The notes beneath the pieces were generated by a model. That model did not search any database. It worked only from the letters and a program-made list of their open reading frames with translations, and was not told the DNA's origin. A program made the translations under genes and the position numbers. Below are positions 20,100-31,280 of a stretch of 64,000 bases of DNA, piece by piece. The DNA is from an uncultured Acidobacteriota bacterium (GTDB lineage: Bacteria > Acidobacteriota > Thermoanaerobaculia > Multivoradales > UBA5704). The stretch spans positions 3,104,001 to 3,168,000 of the forward strand of contig CAVYRF010000002.1 in assembly GCA_963770895.1 (NCBI GenBank), written 5' to 3'. Numbering within the stretch: the stretch's first letter is position 1; each line of letters begins with the position of its first letter.

Positions 20100-20396
20100 G
20101 TTCTCTCCCCTCACCTGTAGACGCGGCCCCGCCTGCTGATTCGCGTCCCTGGACAGTCGGCGCGGCCGCCGCGCTGATTCGCCATCCCCCTGCGGCCCCG
20201 GTACAATCGGCGGCGTGTCGGACGAGCGCCACTGGGGCCTGATGGTACGCCGTGCGGGGCGATCCTGCGCCGAACGGGCGCCGGCCCGGCCCCGGCCGCG
20301 GCGATGCCCGGCTGATCTTACCCCCGCCGGGTCGGCCGCGGTGCGGTGCGCCGCCGCTGCCCAGGCACGTGGCGGCGGGAAAGGGAGCGGCGCCCG

Positions 20397-21995
20397 TTGA
20401 AGATCCTCACCGCGGAAGCGATGCGGGAGCTGGACCGCATCGCCATCGAGCAGATCGGACTACCCAGCCTGGTGCTGATGGAAAACGCCGCCCTGGGGGT
20501 GGTGGATGCGATTGCCCAGCGCTATCCCGACGCCGAGTCGGCGGCGATCTTCTGCGGCCCCGGCAACAACGGCGGCGACGGCCTGGCGGTGGCGCGCCAG
20601 CTGGCGACGCGCGGCTATGGCGTCGCGGTGTTCCTGGCGCTGGCCGGCCAGGGGGACGGCAAGCCGCCGGCCGGCGACGCCGCGGTGCAGCTCGCCATCT
20701 GCCGCCGGCTGGGGATCGCCGTGCACCAGCTGGCGGGCGACCAGGCGCCGCTCGACGCCTGGCTGGCGGCGGCGCGCCAGCACGACCTGCTGATCGACGC
20801 CCTGTTCGGCACCGGCCTGGCGCGGCCGCTGGGCGGGCTGTTCGCCCGCCTGGTTCTGGCGCTCGACGAGCTGCCCCTGCCGCGCATCGCGGTGGACCTG
20901 CCGAGCGGGCTGGCGGGCAGCAGCGCGACGCCGCCCGGCCCCCACCTGCGGGCAGACCTGACCGTCACCTTCGCGGCGCCCAAGGTGGCGCACGTCTTTC
21001 CCCCGGCCGCCTCGGCGGTGGGCGAACTGGTAGTGGCCGACCTGGGGTTTCCGCCGCGCCTGGTGGAGGAGGCGCCCGGCGACCTGCACCTGCTGGTCGG
21101 CGAGGAGCTGGCCGGGCTGCTGCCGGCGCGCGAGCGCGACAGCAACAAGGGCACGTACGGCCATCTGCTGGTGATCGCCGGATCGCTGGGCAAGGCGGGC
21201 GCGGCGGTTTTGGCGGTACGGGCGGCGGTGCGCGCCGGCGCCGGGCTGGTGACCGCCGCGGTGCCCGAGCCGCTGGTCGCGATCCTGCAGCAGGGCTCGC
21301 TCGAGTCGATGGCCGCCGGCCTGCCCGCCGGCGCCTCGGGAGGGCTGGCCGGCGGCGCGGTGGCGGCGGCGCTCAAGCTGGCTTCGGCGGCTGGCAAGAG
21401 CGCCGTGGCGCTCGGCCCCGGCCTGGGCCAGGACGACGAAACGGCGGCGGCCATCCGCCAGCTGGTGGGCGCGCTCGAGCTGCCGCTGGTCCTGGACGCC
21501 GACGGCCTGAACGCCTTTGCCGGCCGCGCCGGCGACCTGACCGGCCGGCCGGCGCCGACGATCCTGACGCCGCATCCGGGGGAGCTGGGGCGGCTGCTCG
21601 GCATCTCGACCGCCCAGGTGCAGGCCGACCGGCCGGCGGCGGCGCGCCGGGCGGCGGCGCTGACCGGCGCGATCGTGGTGCTCAAGGGCAGCCTGACGCT
21701 GATCGCGGCGCCGGCGGCCCTGGTGCCCCCGGACGGCGCCCTGTTCGTCAACCCCACCGGCAATCCCGGCATGGCGACCGGCGGCACCGGCGACGTGCTC
21801 ACCGGCATCACCGGGGGCCTGCTGGCGCAGCGGCTGGCGCCGCTCGACGCGGCGCGCCTGGCGGTCTATCTGCACGGCCTGGCCGGCGACCTCGCCCTGG
21901 CGCGCCAGGGCAGCGCCCCGTCGCTGGCCGCCGCCGACCTGATCGACGCCCTGCCGGCGGCCTTCGGCGCCCTAGCCGCCGGCGACGCGCCGTGA
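20397..21995 (+). CDS. nnr: bifunctional NAD(P)H-hydrate epimerase/dehydratase
   Basis: LMENA, GPGNNGGDG, DALFGTG, DLPSG, NKGTYG, GPGLG, LTPHPGE, LKG, MATGGTGDVL; TTG start after AGGGAG. Confidence 0.95.
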   Translation: MKILTAEAMRELDRIAIEQIGLPSLVLMENAALGVVDAIAQRYPDAESAAIFCGPGNNGGDGLAVARQLATRGYGVAVFLALAGQGDGKPPAGDAAVQLAICRRLGIAVHQLAGDQAPLDAWLAAARQHDLLIDALFGTGLARPLGGLFARLVLALDELPLPRIAVDLPSGLAGSSATPPGPHLRADLTVTFAAPKVAHVFPPAASAVGELVVADLGFPPRLVEEAPGDLHLLVGEELAGLLPARERDSNKGTYGHLLVIAGSLGKAGAAVLAVRAAVRAGAGLVTAAVPEPLVAILQQGSLESMAAGLPAGASGGLAGGAVAAALKLASAAGKSAVALGPGLGQDDETAAAIRQLVGALELPLVLDADGLNAFAGRAGDLTGRPAPTILTPHPGELGRLLGISTAQVQADRPAAARRAAALTGAIVVLKGSLTLIAAPAALVPPDGALFVNPTGNPGMATGGTGDVLTGITGGLLAQRLAPLDAARLAVYLHGLAGDLALARQGSAPSLAAADLIDALPAAFGALAAGDAP

Positions 21996-22495
21996 ACGGT
22001 GCCGGCGGGCGCGGCGGCAGGCGCTGGATCACCCGCGACCAGGCGGCCAGCGAGCGCCTGGGCGGGGAGCTGGCGGCGGAGCTGGCACCCGACGGGACGC
22101 TGCTGCTGTCGGGCGAGCTGGGCAGCGGCAAGACCGTGCTGGCGCGCGGCATCGCCGCCGCCCTGGGGATCGACGGGCGGCAGGTGCTGTCGCCGACCTT
22201 CAACTTGATCCGCGAGCATCGCGGCGCCGGCGGCCGGCTGGTGCACGTCGATCTCTACCGGCTGGAGCCGCGCGAGGCCGCCCTGCTGGGGCTCGAAGAG
22301 CTGCTCGCCGGGCCGGGCATCAAGGTCGTGGAGTGGGCCGAGCGCCTGCCGTTCCCGCCGCCGGCGGAGGCGCTGGCTCTGCGCCTGCGGCGTCTGCCGG
22401 CGGGCGGGCAGGACGTGCGTGAGATCGTCGAGGTTGCCGCGTGGGACCTGACGGAACCATCAATGGGAGAAGGAGCTGAACATGAAGATCCGTAA
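21992..22495 (+). CDS. tsaE: t6A biosynthesis ATPase TsaE
   Basis: GELGSGKT, SPTFNL, HVDLYRL, VEWAE; GTGA overlap with nnr. Confidence 0.93.
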   Translation: MNGAGGRGGRRWITRDQAASERLGGELAAELAPDGTLLLSGELGSGKTVLARGIAAALGIDGRQVLSPTFNLIREHRGAGGRLVHVDLYRLEPREAALLGLEELLAGPGIKVVEWAERLPFPPPAEALALRLRRLPAGGQDVREIVEVAAWDLTEPSMGEGAEHEDP

Positions 22496-23339
22496 AGTGG
22501 GCGTCCTGGGCTGCGGCCTGATGGGCGCCGGTATTGCCGAAGTGGCGGCGCGCGCCGGCTTCGACACGGTGGTGCGGGAGGTGAGCGAAGAGGTGCTGGC
22601 CAAGGGGATGGCCAGGATTGCCGGCTCGCTCGACAAGGCGGTCGACAAGGGCAAGCTGGATGCCGGCGAGCGCGACAAGACGCGCGCCCGGCTGCACGGG
22701 GTGGTCGACCTGGCGGCGCTCGCCGACTGCGACCTGATCGTCGAGGCGATCGTCGAAAGCCTGGAAGCGAAGCGCGAGACGTTTGCCGCGCTCGACGCGG
22801 TGGTCAAGCCGGACGTGGTGTTCGCCAGCAACACTTCCTCGCTGACCATCACCCAGATCGCCATGTCCACCAAGCGGCCCGACCGCTTCGTCGGCCTGCA
22901 CTTTTTCAACCCGGTGCCGGTGATGAAGCTGGTGGAGGTGGTGCGCACGCTGCTCACCTCGCAGGAGGCCTACGACGCCGCCTTCGAGGCGGTGCGCGCC
23001 TTCGGCAAGGAGCCGGTCGCGGCGCGCGACAATTCGGGGTTCATCGTCAACCGGCTGCTGGTGCCGTACCTGCTCGACGCCATCCGCGCGCTCGAAGAGG
23101 GCGTCGGTTCGGTCGAGGACATCGACAAGGCCATGCAGCTGGGCTGCGGCTATCCCATGGGTCCGTTCACGCTGCTCGACTTCGTCGGCCTGGACACCAC
23201 CTACTACATCGCCAACATCATGTTCGAGGAGTACCGCGAAAAGCGCTATGCGCCGCCGCCGCTGCTCAAGCAGATGGTGCTCGCCGGCCGCATGGGGCGC
23301 AAGAGCGGGCGCGGTTTCTACGATCACGCCAAGAAGTAG
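22482..23339 (+). CDS. hbd: 3-hydroxybutyryl-CoA dehydrogenase
   Basis: GCGLMGAGIA, EAIVE, SNTSS, GLHFFNPVP, GFIVNR, YPMGP, GRKSGRGFY. Confidence 0.93.
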   Translation: MKIRKVGVLGCGLMGAGIAEVAARAGFDTVVREVSEEVLAKGMARIAGSLDKAVDKGKLDAGERDKTRARLHGVVDLAALADCDLIVEAIVESLEAKRETFAALDAVVKPDVVFASNTSSLTITQIAMSTKRPDRFVGLHFFNPVPVMKLVEVVRTLLTSQEAYDAAFEAVRAFGKEPVAARDNSGFIVNRLLVPYLLDAIRALEEGVGSVEDIDKAMQLGCGYPMGPFTLLDFVGLDTTYYIANIMFEEYREKRYAPPPLLKQMVLAGRMGRKSGRGFYDHAKK

Positions 23340-23439
23340 CCCGCGGTATCGGGGGGCGGGTCGGGGCGGGCGGGTTGGGGGCGTGTCGGCCCGCCGCCGC
23401 CGCCCGCCCCGCGGGGTCTGCTAGACTAGGGACCCTCAG

Positions 23440-24525
23440 ATGGCGCCCCCGCCCCCACGGGTGGGTGCGTGCCGTCGCCGGAGCACCACCATTCCTACGC
23501 CAGCACCGCCCACTACACCCGCGCAGGTCACTCTGGCCGACGAAGGTTTGGACAGCCTCTTCGGCACCCACGACGAGAATCTGCGTCGCATCGAAAACAC
23601 CTTCGGCGTCACCGTCGCGGCGCGCGGCAACGAGCTGCAGATCCTGGGCGAGCCGCAGGCGGTGGCGGTGGTGGAACGGCTGCTGCACGGCCTGACCACG
23701 GTGTCCGAAAAGGGCTACCGCTTCCGCCCCGGCGACGTGCAGACCGCGATCCGGGTGATGGCCGACGCGCCGGAAACGTCGCTGGTGGAATTCTTCCTGC
23801 CCGAAGGGCTGCTCGCCTCGGTGCGCCGGCTGGTGACGCCGCGCAGCATCAGGCAGCAGCTCTACATCAAGGCGATGGCGGAATTCGACATCGTGGTCAC
23901 CATCGGTCCGGCGGGCACCGGCAAGACCTACCTGGCGGTGGCGATGGCGGCGGCGGCGCTGGCCGAAAAACGCGTGCGGCGCATCATCCTGGCGCGCCCG
24001 GCGGTCGAAGCGGGCGAAAAGCTGGGCTTCCTGCCCGGCGACCTGGCCGAAAAGGTGAATCCCTACCTGCGGCCGCTGCACGACGCGCTGCACGACATCA
24101 TCGGCTACGACAAGGTGGCACGCATGATGGAGCGCGGCATCATCGAAGTGGCGCCGATCGCCTTCATGCGCGGGCGCACCCTCAACGACAGCTTCATCAT
24201 CCTGGACGAAGCGCAGAACACCACCACCGAGCAGATGAAGATGTTCCTGACCCGCATCGGCTTCAACGCCAAGGCGGTGATCAACGGCGACATCACCCAG
24301 GTGGACCTGCCGCAGGGCCGGCAGTCGGGGCTGCGGGAGGCGCAGGAAGTGCTGGCCGGGATCGATGGCATCAAGTTCTTCACCTTCGACCAGCGCGACG
24401 TGGTGCGCCATGCGCTGGTGCAGCAGATCGTCACTGCCTACGATCAGTTCGACCGTATCAAGAAGGAGCGCGAGGAGGCGCGGACGGCGGCGCCGCAGCC
24501 GGCGGTCCCGGCGCCCCCGACCTGA
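23440..24525 (+). CDS. phoH: PhoH-family ATPase (YbeZ-like); start uncertain (ATG 23440 or ATT 23491)
   Basis: [48 protein letters not shown]. Confidence 0.95.
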   Translation: MAPPPPRVGACRRRSTTIPTPAPPTTPAQVTLADEGLDSLFGTHDENLRRIENTFGVTVAARGNELQILGEPQAVAVVERLLHGLTTVSEKGYRFRPGDVQTAIRVMADAPETSLVEFFLPEGLLASVRRLVTPRSIRQQLYIKAMAEFDIVVTIGPAGTGKTYLAVAMAAAALAEKRVRRIILARPAVEAGEKLGFLPGDLAEKVNPYLRPLHDALHDIIGYDKVARMMERGIIEVAPIAFMRGRTLNDSFIILDEAQNTTTEQMKMFLTRIGFNAKAVINGDITQVDLPQGRQSGLREAQEVLAGIDGIKFFTFDQRDVVRHALVQQIVTAYDQFDRIKKEREEARTAAPQPAVPAPPT

Positions 24526-24535
24526 CCGGCGCGGT

Positions 24536-27025
24536 ATGACCGCCCGAAAACCTGCGACCGCCCGCATTCACGTACTGTCGTCCGCCCGCCCCGGGAACCT
24601 GTCCCGGCGCCAGCGGCGGCAGGGGTTGTGGAGCCGCGCGCTCGACATGCCGTGGATCTGGGCGGCGCTGCTGGTGATCGCCGGCGGCCTGGCGCTCAGC
24701 CCCGAAGCGCTCCTGCAGGTGCCGCTGGCGCCGGCGCACCTGGCTGCCGGCAGCGTCGCCAGCCGCGACTACGTGGCCTCGCGCGACCTCATGCTGTACG
24801 ACGCCGCGGCCACCCAGGCCAAGCACGTCCAGGCGCGCGACCGCGTGATGCCGGTCTACGACTTCGACAGCGGCACGCTGGCGCTGCGCGACGCGCAGCT
24901 GGCGCAGCTGTTTGCGGCCGGGCGTGAGCGGCTGCCGGCGGCGCGCAGCGAAGCCGAGCGCGCAGCGCTGGCGCGGCAGCTCGCCGCGCCGGCGGGGCTG
25001 GCGGGGCTGGCGGGGATGGTCGCCGGCGGCGGCGCCGGCGCACGCACCGCCGGCGCGGTGGACGCGCTGCGGCTGGACCCCGACGCGGTGACGGTCCTGG
25101 TGCACAGCGGTTTTTCGGCCGAGCTGGAAGACCGACTGCGCGGCGTGCTGGCGCAGACCCTGCGGCGCGGCGTGGTGGAGGACAAGGCGCTGCTGCTCGA
25201 CAACCGCGTCACCGGCATCGTGCGGCGCAACCTGGGCGACGGCTCCGAGCAGACGCAGTTCAACCTCTTCGACTATCTGGGCTATCCCGACGAAGCGCGC
25301 GACTTCCTGGAATCGGAGGTGCGCGGCTGGAGCGGCCTGACCTATGCCGACCGCCATCGGCTGGCCAGCCTGCTGTTCGACAATCTTTCGCCCGACATGC
25401 ACCTCAACCGCACCGAGACGCTGGCGCGGCGCCGCGCGGCGGAGGACGCGGCGGGCGACGCGTTTTCGCAGATCCGCCGGGGACAGATCATCGCCCGCAA
25501 GGGCGACGTCATCGACGACGCCAAGGCGCGGCTGCTGCAGCAGATGCGCGGCGAGCGCCAGCCGCGTTCGTGGCTGCCCGAAACCGCCGGCACGCTGCTG
25601 CTGATGAGCCTGGCGGCGGCGGCGCTGTGGCTGGGGCTCGCCGGCCAGCGGGTGGCCGACCCCGGCGGCGCCAAGCACCGGCGGCTGTTCGGCGAAAGCG
25701 CGCTGCTGCTCGGCGCGACGCTGGTCGGCGAGCGCCTCTGCTTTCTGATCTGCGGCGCGCTCACCGGCGCCTTCCGGGTGCCGCCGTTCGACGATTGGCG
25801 CGGCTATGCGCTGGCGGTGCCGTTCGCGGCGCTCGCCATGTCGGCGGCGCTGCTGCTCGGGCGGCAGGCGGCGCTGGTGTCGGCGGTCCTGTGCAGCCTG
25901 CTGGCGGGACGCCTGGCGATCGAAGGCGAAGGCCTGTGGGTGGCCCTGTACGCCCTGGCGGGGTCGCTCGCGGCGATCTTCGTCGTCGAGCGGCTGCAGT
26001 TCCGCCAGCGCCTGGTGCTGCCGCGTGCCGGGCTCATCGTCGGCGCCGTCAACGTCCTCATGGCGGGAGTGTGGGCGGCGCTCGCCGCCGGTGCGCCGAC
26101 GGAAGCCCCGGTGCAGGCCCGGCTGTTTGAGATGGTGCTGGCGCTGGCCGGCGGGCTGCTGGCGGCGGCCGTCGCCGGCTTCACGGTGCCGATCCTGGAA
26201 GCGCTCCTGGGGATCACCACCGACATCAAGCTGGTCGAGCTGTCCAACACCAACCTGCCGCTGCTGCGGCGGCTGGCGTTCGAAGCGCCGGGCACGTTCC
26301 AGCACTCGCTGATGGTCGCCAACCTGGCCAAGGAAGGGTGTGAAGCGATCGGCGCCGACGCCGTGCTGGCCTATGCCGGCGCGCTCTACCACGACATTGG
26401 CAAGGTTTTTCGCGCCGACTACTTCATCGAAAACCAGCGGCCGGGGGAAAATCGCCACGACCGCCTGCTGCCCTCGATGAGCGTGCTGGTGCTGGTCAAC
26501 CACGTCAAGGAGGGCGCCGAGCTGGGGCGCCGCAATCACTTGCCGCAGGTGCTGCTGGACGCCATCGAGCAGCATCACGGCACGCGCCTGATGCGCTTCT
26601 TCTACGGCCGCGCTCTCGAGCAGCACGGGCGCGACGCGGCGGAGGTGCGCGAAGAAGACTTCCGCTATCCGGGGCCGCGGCCGCAGACCAAGGTGATGGG
26701 GGTGCTGATGCTGGCCGACGGCGTCGAAGCCGCCAGCCGCACGCTCACCGATCCGTCGCCGGCCAAGCTGCGCGGCCTGATCCGGACGCTGCTCGACGAC
26801 TGCCTGCAGGACGGGCAGCTGGACCAGACCGACCTCACACTGTCGGACCTGCGGGCGGTGTCGGAGGCGTTCCTGCGCGTGCTGGCGACCATCTTCCACC
26901 AGCGGGTGGACTACCCCGGCTTCGACTTCAATGCCGCCGGCGGCCCTGCGTCCACCGCCGTTTTCCATCCCGCCGGTGGCCGCGACAAGCCGCGGCCCGC
27001 GACCGGCGCCTTCAGGGTCTCCTGA
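24536..27025 (+). CDS. 7TM-HD (HDIG) phosphohydrolase, PgpH-like
   Basis: N-terminal TM plus large extracytoplasmic domain, multi-TM block, [41 protein letters not shown]. Confidence 0.92.
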   Translation: MTARKPATARIHVLSSARPGNLSRRQRRQGLWSRALDMPWIWAALLVIAGGLALSPEALLQVPLAPAHLAAGSVASRDYVASRDLMLYDAAATQAKHVQARDRVMPVYDFDSGTLALRDAQLAQLFAAGRERLPAARSEAERAALARQLAAPAGLAGLAGMVAGGGAGARTAGAVDALRLDPDAVTVLVHSGFSAELEDRLRGVLAQTLRRGVVEDKALLLDNRVTGIVRRNLGDGSEQTQFNLFDYLGYPDEARDFLESEVRGWSGLTYADRHRLASLLFDNLSPDMHLNRTETLARRRAAEDAAGDAFSQIRRGQIIARKGDVIDDAKARLLQQMRGERQPRSWLPETAGTLLLMSLAAAALWLGLAGQRVADPGGAKHRRLFGESALLLGATLVGERLCFLICGALTGAFRVPPFDDWRGYALAVPFAALAMSAALLLGRQAALVSAVLCSLLAGRLAIEGEGLWVALYALAGSLAAIFVVERLQFRQRLVLPRAGLIVGAVNVLMAGVWAALAAGAPTEAPVQARLFEMVLALAGGLLAAAVAGFTVPILEALLGITTDIKLVELSNTNLPLLRRLAFEAPGTFQHSLMVANLAKEGCEAIGADAVLAYAGALYHDIGKVFRADYFIENQRPGENRHDRLLPSMSVLVLVNHVKEGAELGRRNHLPQVLLDAIEQHHGTRLMRFFYGRALEQHGRDAAEVREEDFRYPGPRPQTKVMGVLMLADGVEAASRTLTDPSPAKLRGLIRTLLDDCLQDGQLDQTDLTLSDLRAVSEAFLRVLATIFHQRVDYPGFDFNAAGGPASTAVFHPAGGRDKPRPATGAFRVS

Positions 27026-27029
27026 GGCG

Positions 27030-27590
27030 ATGGCGCCCGTCCAGCCCGAAATCGTCTTGCTGAATCCCAACCGGTACCCCGAGGCCGCGGTGCGGCGGGT
27101 GCGGCCCTGGCTCGTGCCGCTGCTGGCGGCGGTGGCGCCGGACCGCGGCAGCCTGGCGGTGCGCTTCTGCGGCGAGCGGGCCATGCGGCGGATCAACCGC
27201 GACTTCCGCGGCCGCGACTACGCCACGGACGTGCTGTCGTTCCCCGGCGACGCCGACGACGCCGATGACGTCGGCGATCCCGGCAGCCCCGGCGACCACC
27301 GTGGCGGCCACCTGGGCGACATCCTGATCGCCGTGCCGGTGGCGCGGCGCCAGGCGGCGGCGGCCGGGCATGCGGCGGAGCGCGAGATCCGGGTGCTGCT
27401 GCTGCACGGCGTGCTGCACTGCCTGGGATACGACCACGAGGTGGACGACGGCGCCATGGAGCGCCTGGAGCGGCGCCTGCGCCGGCGGTGGATCGATGCC
27501 GCGGCGGCGGTGGGGGAGGAGCGGATGGCGGTGTCGGTGGCGGTCAGGCCCGCGGCGCGGGCGCGCGAGGGGAGGCGGCGTGCGGGCTGA
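27030..27590 (+). CDS. ybeY: rRNA maturation endoribonuclease YbeY
   Basis: NRDFRG.D..TDVLSF, LGDI, HGVLHCLGYDH. Confidence 0.95.
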   Translation: MAPVQPEIVLLNPNRYPEAAVRRVRPWLVPLLAAVAPDRGSLAVRFCGERAMRRINRDFRGRDYATDVLSFPGDADDADDVGDPGSPGDHRGGHLGDILIAVPVARRQAAAAGHAAEREIRVLLLHGVLHCLGYDHEVDDGAMERLERRLRRRWIDAAAAVGEERMAVSVAVRPAARAREGRRRAG

Positions 27591-28902
27591 GGGCTTGCCG
27601 ATCGAGCCGCTGGTGTGGCTGGTGGCGGTGCTGGTGCCGGTGTCGGCGCTGGTGTCGGTGCTGTCGGCGCTGCTCGAACGCAGCGGTCCGATCCGGCTGC
27701 GCTATTGGGCCGAGGAGGCGGGCGGCCGGGTGCGCGCGCTGATCGACGACCCGGTGCGCTTCGGCGCCTTCCGGTCGCTGCTGTCGTTGGGCGGCCGGCT
27801 GCTGCCGATCGCGGCGTACGTCGCCACGGCAGCGCTGCTGGCGGCGCTCGGCCTGCCGCACGCCCAGCTGGTGCCGCTGGCGCTGGTGACGCTGCTGCTG
27901 GTGGCGGCCGAGGTGACCAACCGGGCGCTGGTCGTCCACGACAGCGAGCGGGCGCTGCGCGCGCTCACGCGGCTGTACCGCATCGCTCTGGTGCTGCTGC
28001 TGCCGCTGGTGGCGGTGGTGGCGGCGCTGGTGCCGCGCGACCGGCTGCGGCCGCGCGAGGAGCCCGAGGAAGACGAAGCCGCTTCGGACGAAGAGGTGGA
28101 GGCGTTCATCGACGTCGGCACGCGCGAGGGCATCATCGAGCCCGAGCAGGGCGAATGGCTGTCCAACATCGTCGAATTCGGCGAGGCGCAGGCGCGCAGC
28201 GTGATGACGCCGCGCATCGACATGGTGTGTGCGCCGGTCGCCGCCAGCCTCGACGCCCTGGCCGATCGCTTTCTGGAGTCCGGCCATTCGCGCCTGCCGC
28301 TGTACGCCGAATCGATCGATCACATTGTCGCCGTGCTGCACATCCGCGACCTGCTGCGCGCGCTGCGGGCGCAGCAGCCGGGCGACAGCGAGGCGCCGGC
28401 AAAGCAGGTGTTGGGCGACCTGCTCAAGGCGCCGCTGTTCATCCCCGAAACCAAGCTGCTGTCCGAGCTGCTCAAGGACTTTCAGGCGCGCTCGCAGCAG
28501 CTGGCGATCGTGGTCGACGAGCATGGCGGCACCGCCGGCCTGGTGACGGTGGAAGACCTGGTCGAAGAGATCGTCGGCGAGATCAGCGACGAGCATGAAG
28601 ACGGCCAGGCCGAAGAGACCAGCGAGATCGGCGACGGGGTGTGGCGGCTGGACGGGCGCGCCCACCTGGACGTCTTGGAAGAGCTGTTCGGCGTCGAAAT
28701 GGAAGAGGCGGAATATGAGACGGTCTCGGGCATGGTGTTCCACGCCCTGGGCCACGTGCCGCACCCCGGCGAGGTGGTGGAGCACGCGGGCCTGCGCTTC
28801 ACCGTCGAAGAGGTGCTGAACCGTCGCATCACCCGCCTGCGCGTCGAGCGCCCGGCGGAGGAAACCGAGCCGGCGCCGGCCGCCGAAGGGGCGCGGGCAT
28901 GA
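27580..28902 (+). CDS. CNNM/CorC (hemolysin-family) CBS-domain protein
   Basis: TM N-terminus, VMTPR, HSRLP, VVDEHGGTAGLVTVEDLVEEIVGEI, CorC-like C-terminus. Confidence 0.92.
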   Translation: MRAEGLPIEPLVWLVAVLVPVSALVSVLSALLERSGPIRLRYWAEEAGGRVRALIDDPVRFGAFRSLLSLGGRLLPIAAYVATAALLAALGLPHAQLVPLALVTLLLVAAEVTNRALVVHDSERALRALTRLYRIALVLLLPLVAVVAALVPRDRLRPREEPEEDEAASDEEVEAFIDVGTREGIIEPEQGEWLSNIVEFGEAQARSVMTPRIDMVCAPVAASLDALADRFLESGHSRLPLYAESIDHIVAVLHIRDLLRALRAQQPGDSEAPAKQVLGDLLKAPLFIPETKLLSELLKDFQARSQQLAIVVDEHGGTAGLVTVEDLVEEIVGEISDEHEDGQAEETSEIGDGVWRLDGRAHLDVLEELFGVEMEEAEYETVSGMVFHALGHVPHPGEVVEHAGLRFTVEEVLNRRITRLRVERPAEETEPAPAAEGARA

Positions 28903-28913
28903 AGGAGGGAGCG

Positions 28914-29819
28914 ATGAGCCGCTCAGGCACCGTGGCCCTGGTGGGGCGGCCGAACGCCGGCAAATCCACCCTGATGAACCGCCTGCTGCAGGAGAAGGTG
29001 GCGATCGTCTCGGACAAGCCGCAGACCACCCGCAATCGCATGGTCGGCATCCTGAGCGATCCGGAGCGCGGCCAGATGGTCTTTTTCGACACGCCGGGCC
29101 TGCACCGGCCGCTGCACCGCCTCAACCAGCAGATGGTGCGCCATGCCCTGGACGCCCTGGGCGACGCCGACCTGGCCTGCCTGCTGGTCGACGCGCACGA
29201 ACCGTTCGGTTCGGGCGACGCCTACATGCTGGAGCAGATGGGGCGGGCGCGGGGGCCGCGCCTGCTGGCGCTCAACAAGGTCGACCGGGTGCGCAAACCC
29301 GACCTGCTGCCGCTGATCGACCGCTACGCCAAGACCGGCCTGTTCGCCGAGATCGTGCCGATCAGCGCCGCGACCGGCGACGGCTGCGACCGGCTGCTCG
29401 CCGCGTTCTGGCAGCTGCTGCCCGAAGGGCCGCCGCTCTACGACACCGACCTGCTGACCACCCACCCCGAGCGCTTCCTGGTGGCGGAGCGCATCCGCGA
29501 GAAGGTTCTGCAGGCGACCGAGGAGGAGCTGCCCTTCAGCACCGCGGTGGTCATCGACAGCTGGCAGGACGACCCCGACCGCGAGCTGCTGGTGCTGTAC
29601 GCCTCGATCCTGGTCGAAAGGCCGGGCCAGAAGAAGATCCTGGTCGGCCGCCAGGGTCAGAAGATCAAGGCCATCGGCATCGCCGCCCGCCAGGACCTGG
29701 AAGAGTTTCTGGGCCGCCGCCTCTACCTGGACCTGCAGGTCCGCCTGGAGCCCGACTGGCGCGAAGACCGCGCCATCCTGTCGCGCCTGGACCGCGACGT
29801 CGACCTCAGCGGGGAATAG
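28914..29819 (+). CDS. era: GTPase Era
   Basis: GRPNAGKST, PQTTR, DTPG, NKVD, ISA, KH domain; AGGAGG before ATG 28914. Confidence 0.97.
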   Translation: MSRSGTVALVGRPNAGKSTLMNRLLQEKVAIVSDKPQTTRNRMVGILSDPERGQMVFFDTPGLHRPLHRLNQQMVRHALDALGDADLACLLVDAHEPFGSGDAYMLEQMGRARGPRLLALNKVDRVRKPDLLPLIDRYAKTGLFAEIVPISAATGDGCDRLLAAFWQLLPEGPPLYDTDLLTTHPERFLVAERIREKVLQATEEELPFSTAVVIDSWQDDPDRELLVLYASILVERPGQKKILVGRQGQKIKAIGIAARQDLEEFLGRRLYLDLQVRLEPDWREDRAILSRLDRDVDLSGE

Positions 29820-29834
29820 CGGCCGAACGGCAGG

Positions 29835-31280
29835 TCAGATGCGGATGCGCAGGGTTGCCAGCGCTTCGTTTTCGTTGATCACCTGCTGCGGGTCCAGGAA
29901 GATGCGGTTGTAGGAGTACTCGACCGTCAGGTCCAGGTCCATCCACAGCGCGATGCGCAGGCCGCCGTCGTACTTCTGCCAGTTCCACGCCAGGCTGGGT
30001 TCCGAGGTGGGGAACAGGTTGTGAAACCCGTCGTTGAGCTGTGAATAGCGCACCGCCGGGGCGATCGACCTGAACAGCTGGTGGCCGCCGGCGGCCCACA
30101 CCAGCGGCAGCTCGATGCGCCACGCCGCTTCCGCTTCGACGCCGGTGCGCGCCAAGCCGGCCACGCGCTGCGCGACCAGCTGCGAATAGAGCGACAGGCC
30201 GCTGTCGTGGTAGAGCCAGACGTTGAGGCCCAGCTCCTGCTTGGTGTCGCCGTGAAACGGCAGGATCGGCGCGCCGCCGGGGCCGACCAGGATCGCCAGG
30301 TCGCCGCCGATGGGGCTCCCCGGCAGGCCGATCGAGTTGGCCAGCGTGCGCTGGCGCCCCCACCCCATCACCTCCAGGCCGGTGCCGCCCGCTGCGTCCG
30401 CCAGGCGGTAGCCCAGGTAGCCGGCGTATTCGGGGTGCGCAAAGCTGATCGATTCGACGTGGGTGTCGTAGAGCACCACCATGCCGCTGTTGAGGCGCGC
30501 CTGGTCGTAGGAGCCGAGCAGGTCGGGGGTGTCGCCGGCCAGCGCGTTGGGATCGCGGATGAAGAGCGGATTGCCCTGGGTGAGCGCCGCCTTGACGAAG
30601 AAGTGGCGGCCCAGGTCGCCGCCCAGCTCGACGCCGGCGTCTTCCCAGCGGTCGAAGGCCGTCGTCACCAGGCCGTAGCTCTCCAGGTGGCGGTCGGCCT
30701 GCTGCTCGGCGCGGCGGAACTTGCCCGCCCGCACGTAGAAGCCCGGCGCCGCCGGCAGCACCGCCACGCGCGGCTCGCGCCCCCAGCGCACCCACAGCTC
30801 CGCCAGGTCGTACTGGCGATCCGTCGAGGTCGGATTGCGGTAATACAGATTCAAGCCGTCGAACCGCAGGTGGGCCTGGAACAGGGGCGACGCCTGGTAG
30901 TCCATCTGCAGCGACAGGCTGGACACTTCGCCGTGCGTCCCCGGATCGACGGTCTCCTGGTACGCCTGCTCGCCCCCCGAACCGGGATACGGCGAGCGCA
31001 GCGGAAACTGCGTGTCCTGGCTGTCGCGCAGGTTGACCTTGGCCTCCACGGCGACGTGGAACTTGCGCGGTGTTGGAACGGGGGTCGATGGGGTCGCGGG
31101 TGACGTTGGCGGCGGTTCCTGAGTCGGCACTGCTGCCTGCGGCTGCTCAGCCGCCTGGGACTGGGTCTGGGACTGCGGTTGCGCCGCCGCCTTGATGCCG
31201 CCACCGAGCAGCATGGCGATCGCGATGCCGAGCAAGGTCCAACCACCGCCGGAGACCGGCGTCCGCGCTGCGCACGTCAT
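29835..31280 (-). CDS. putative outer-membrane beta-barrel protein
   Basis: Signal peptide (WTLLGIAIAMLLGG..AAA), Gln/Pro linker, alternating hydrophobic strands rich in Y/W, ending ATLRIRI; GGAG before ATG 31280. Confidence 0.7.
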   Translation of the reverse strand: MTCAARTPVSGGGWTLLGIAIAMLLGGGIKAAAQPQSQTQSQAAEQPQAAVPTQEPPPTSPATPSTPVPTPRKFHVAVEAKVNLRDSQDTQFPLRSPYPGSGGEQAYQETVDPGTHGEVSSLSLQMDYQASPLFQAHLRFDGLNLYYRNPTSTDRQYDLAELWVRWGREPRVAVLPAAPGFYVRAGKFRRAEQQADRHLESYGLVTTAFDRWEDAGVELGGDLGRHFFVKAALTQGNPLFIRDPNALAGDTPDLLGSYDQARLNSGMVVLYDTHVESISFAHPEYAGYLGYRLADAAGGTGLEVMGWGRQRTLANSIGLPGSPIGGDLAILVGPGGAPILPFHGDTKQELGLNVWLYHDSGLSLYSQLVAQRVAGLARTGVEAEAAWRIELPLVWAAGGHQLFRSIAPAVRYSQLNDGFHNLFPTSEPSLAWNWQKYDGGLRIALWMDLDLTVEYSYNRIFLDPQQVINENEALATLRIRI

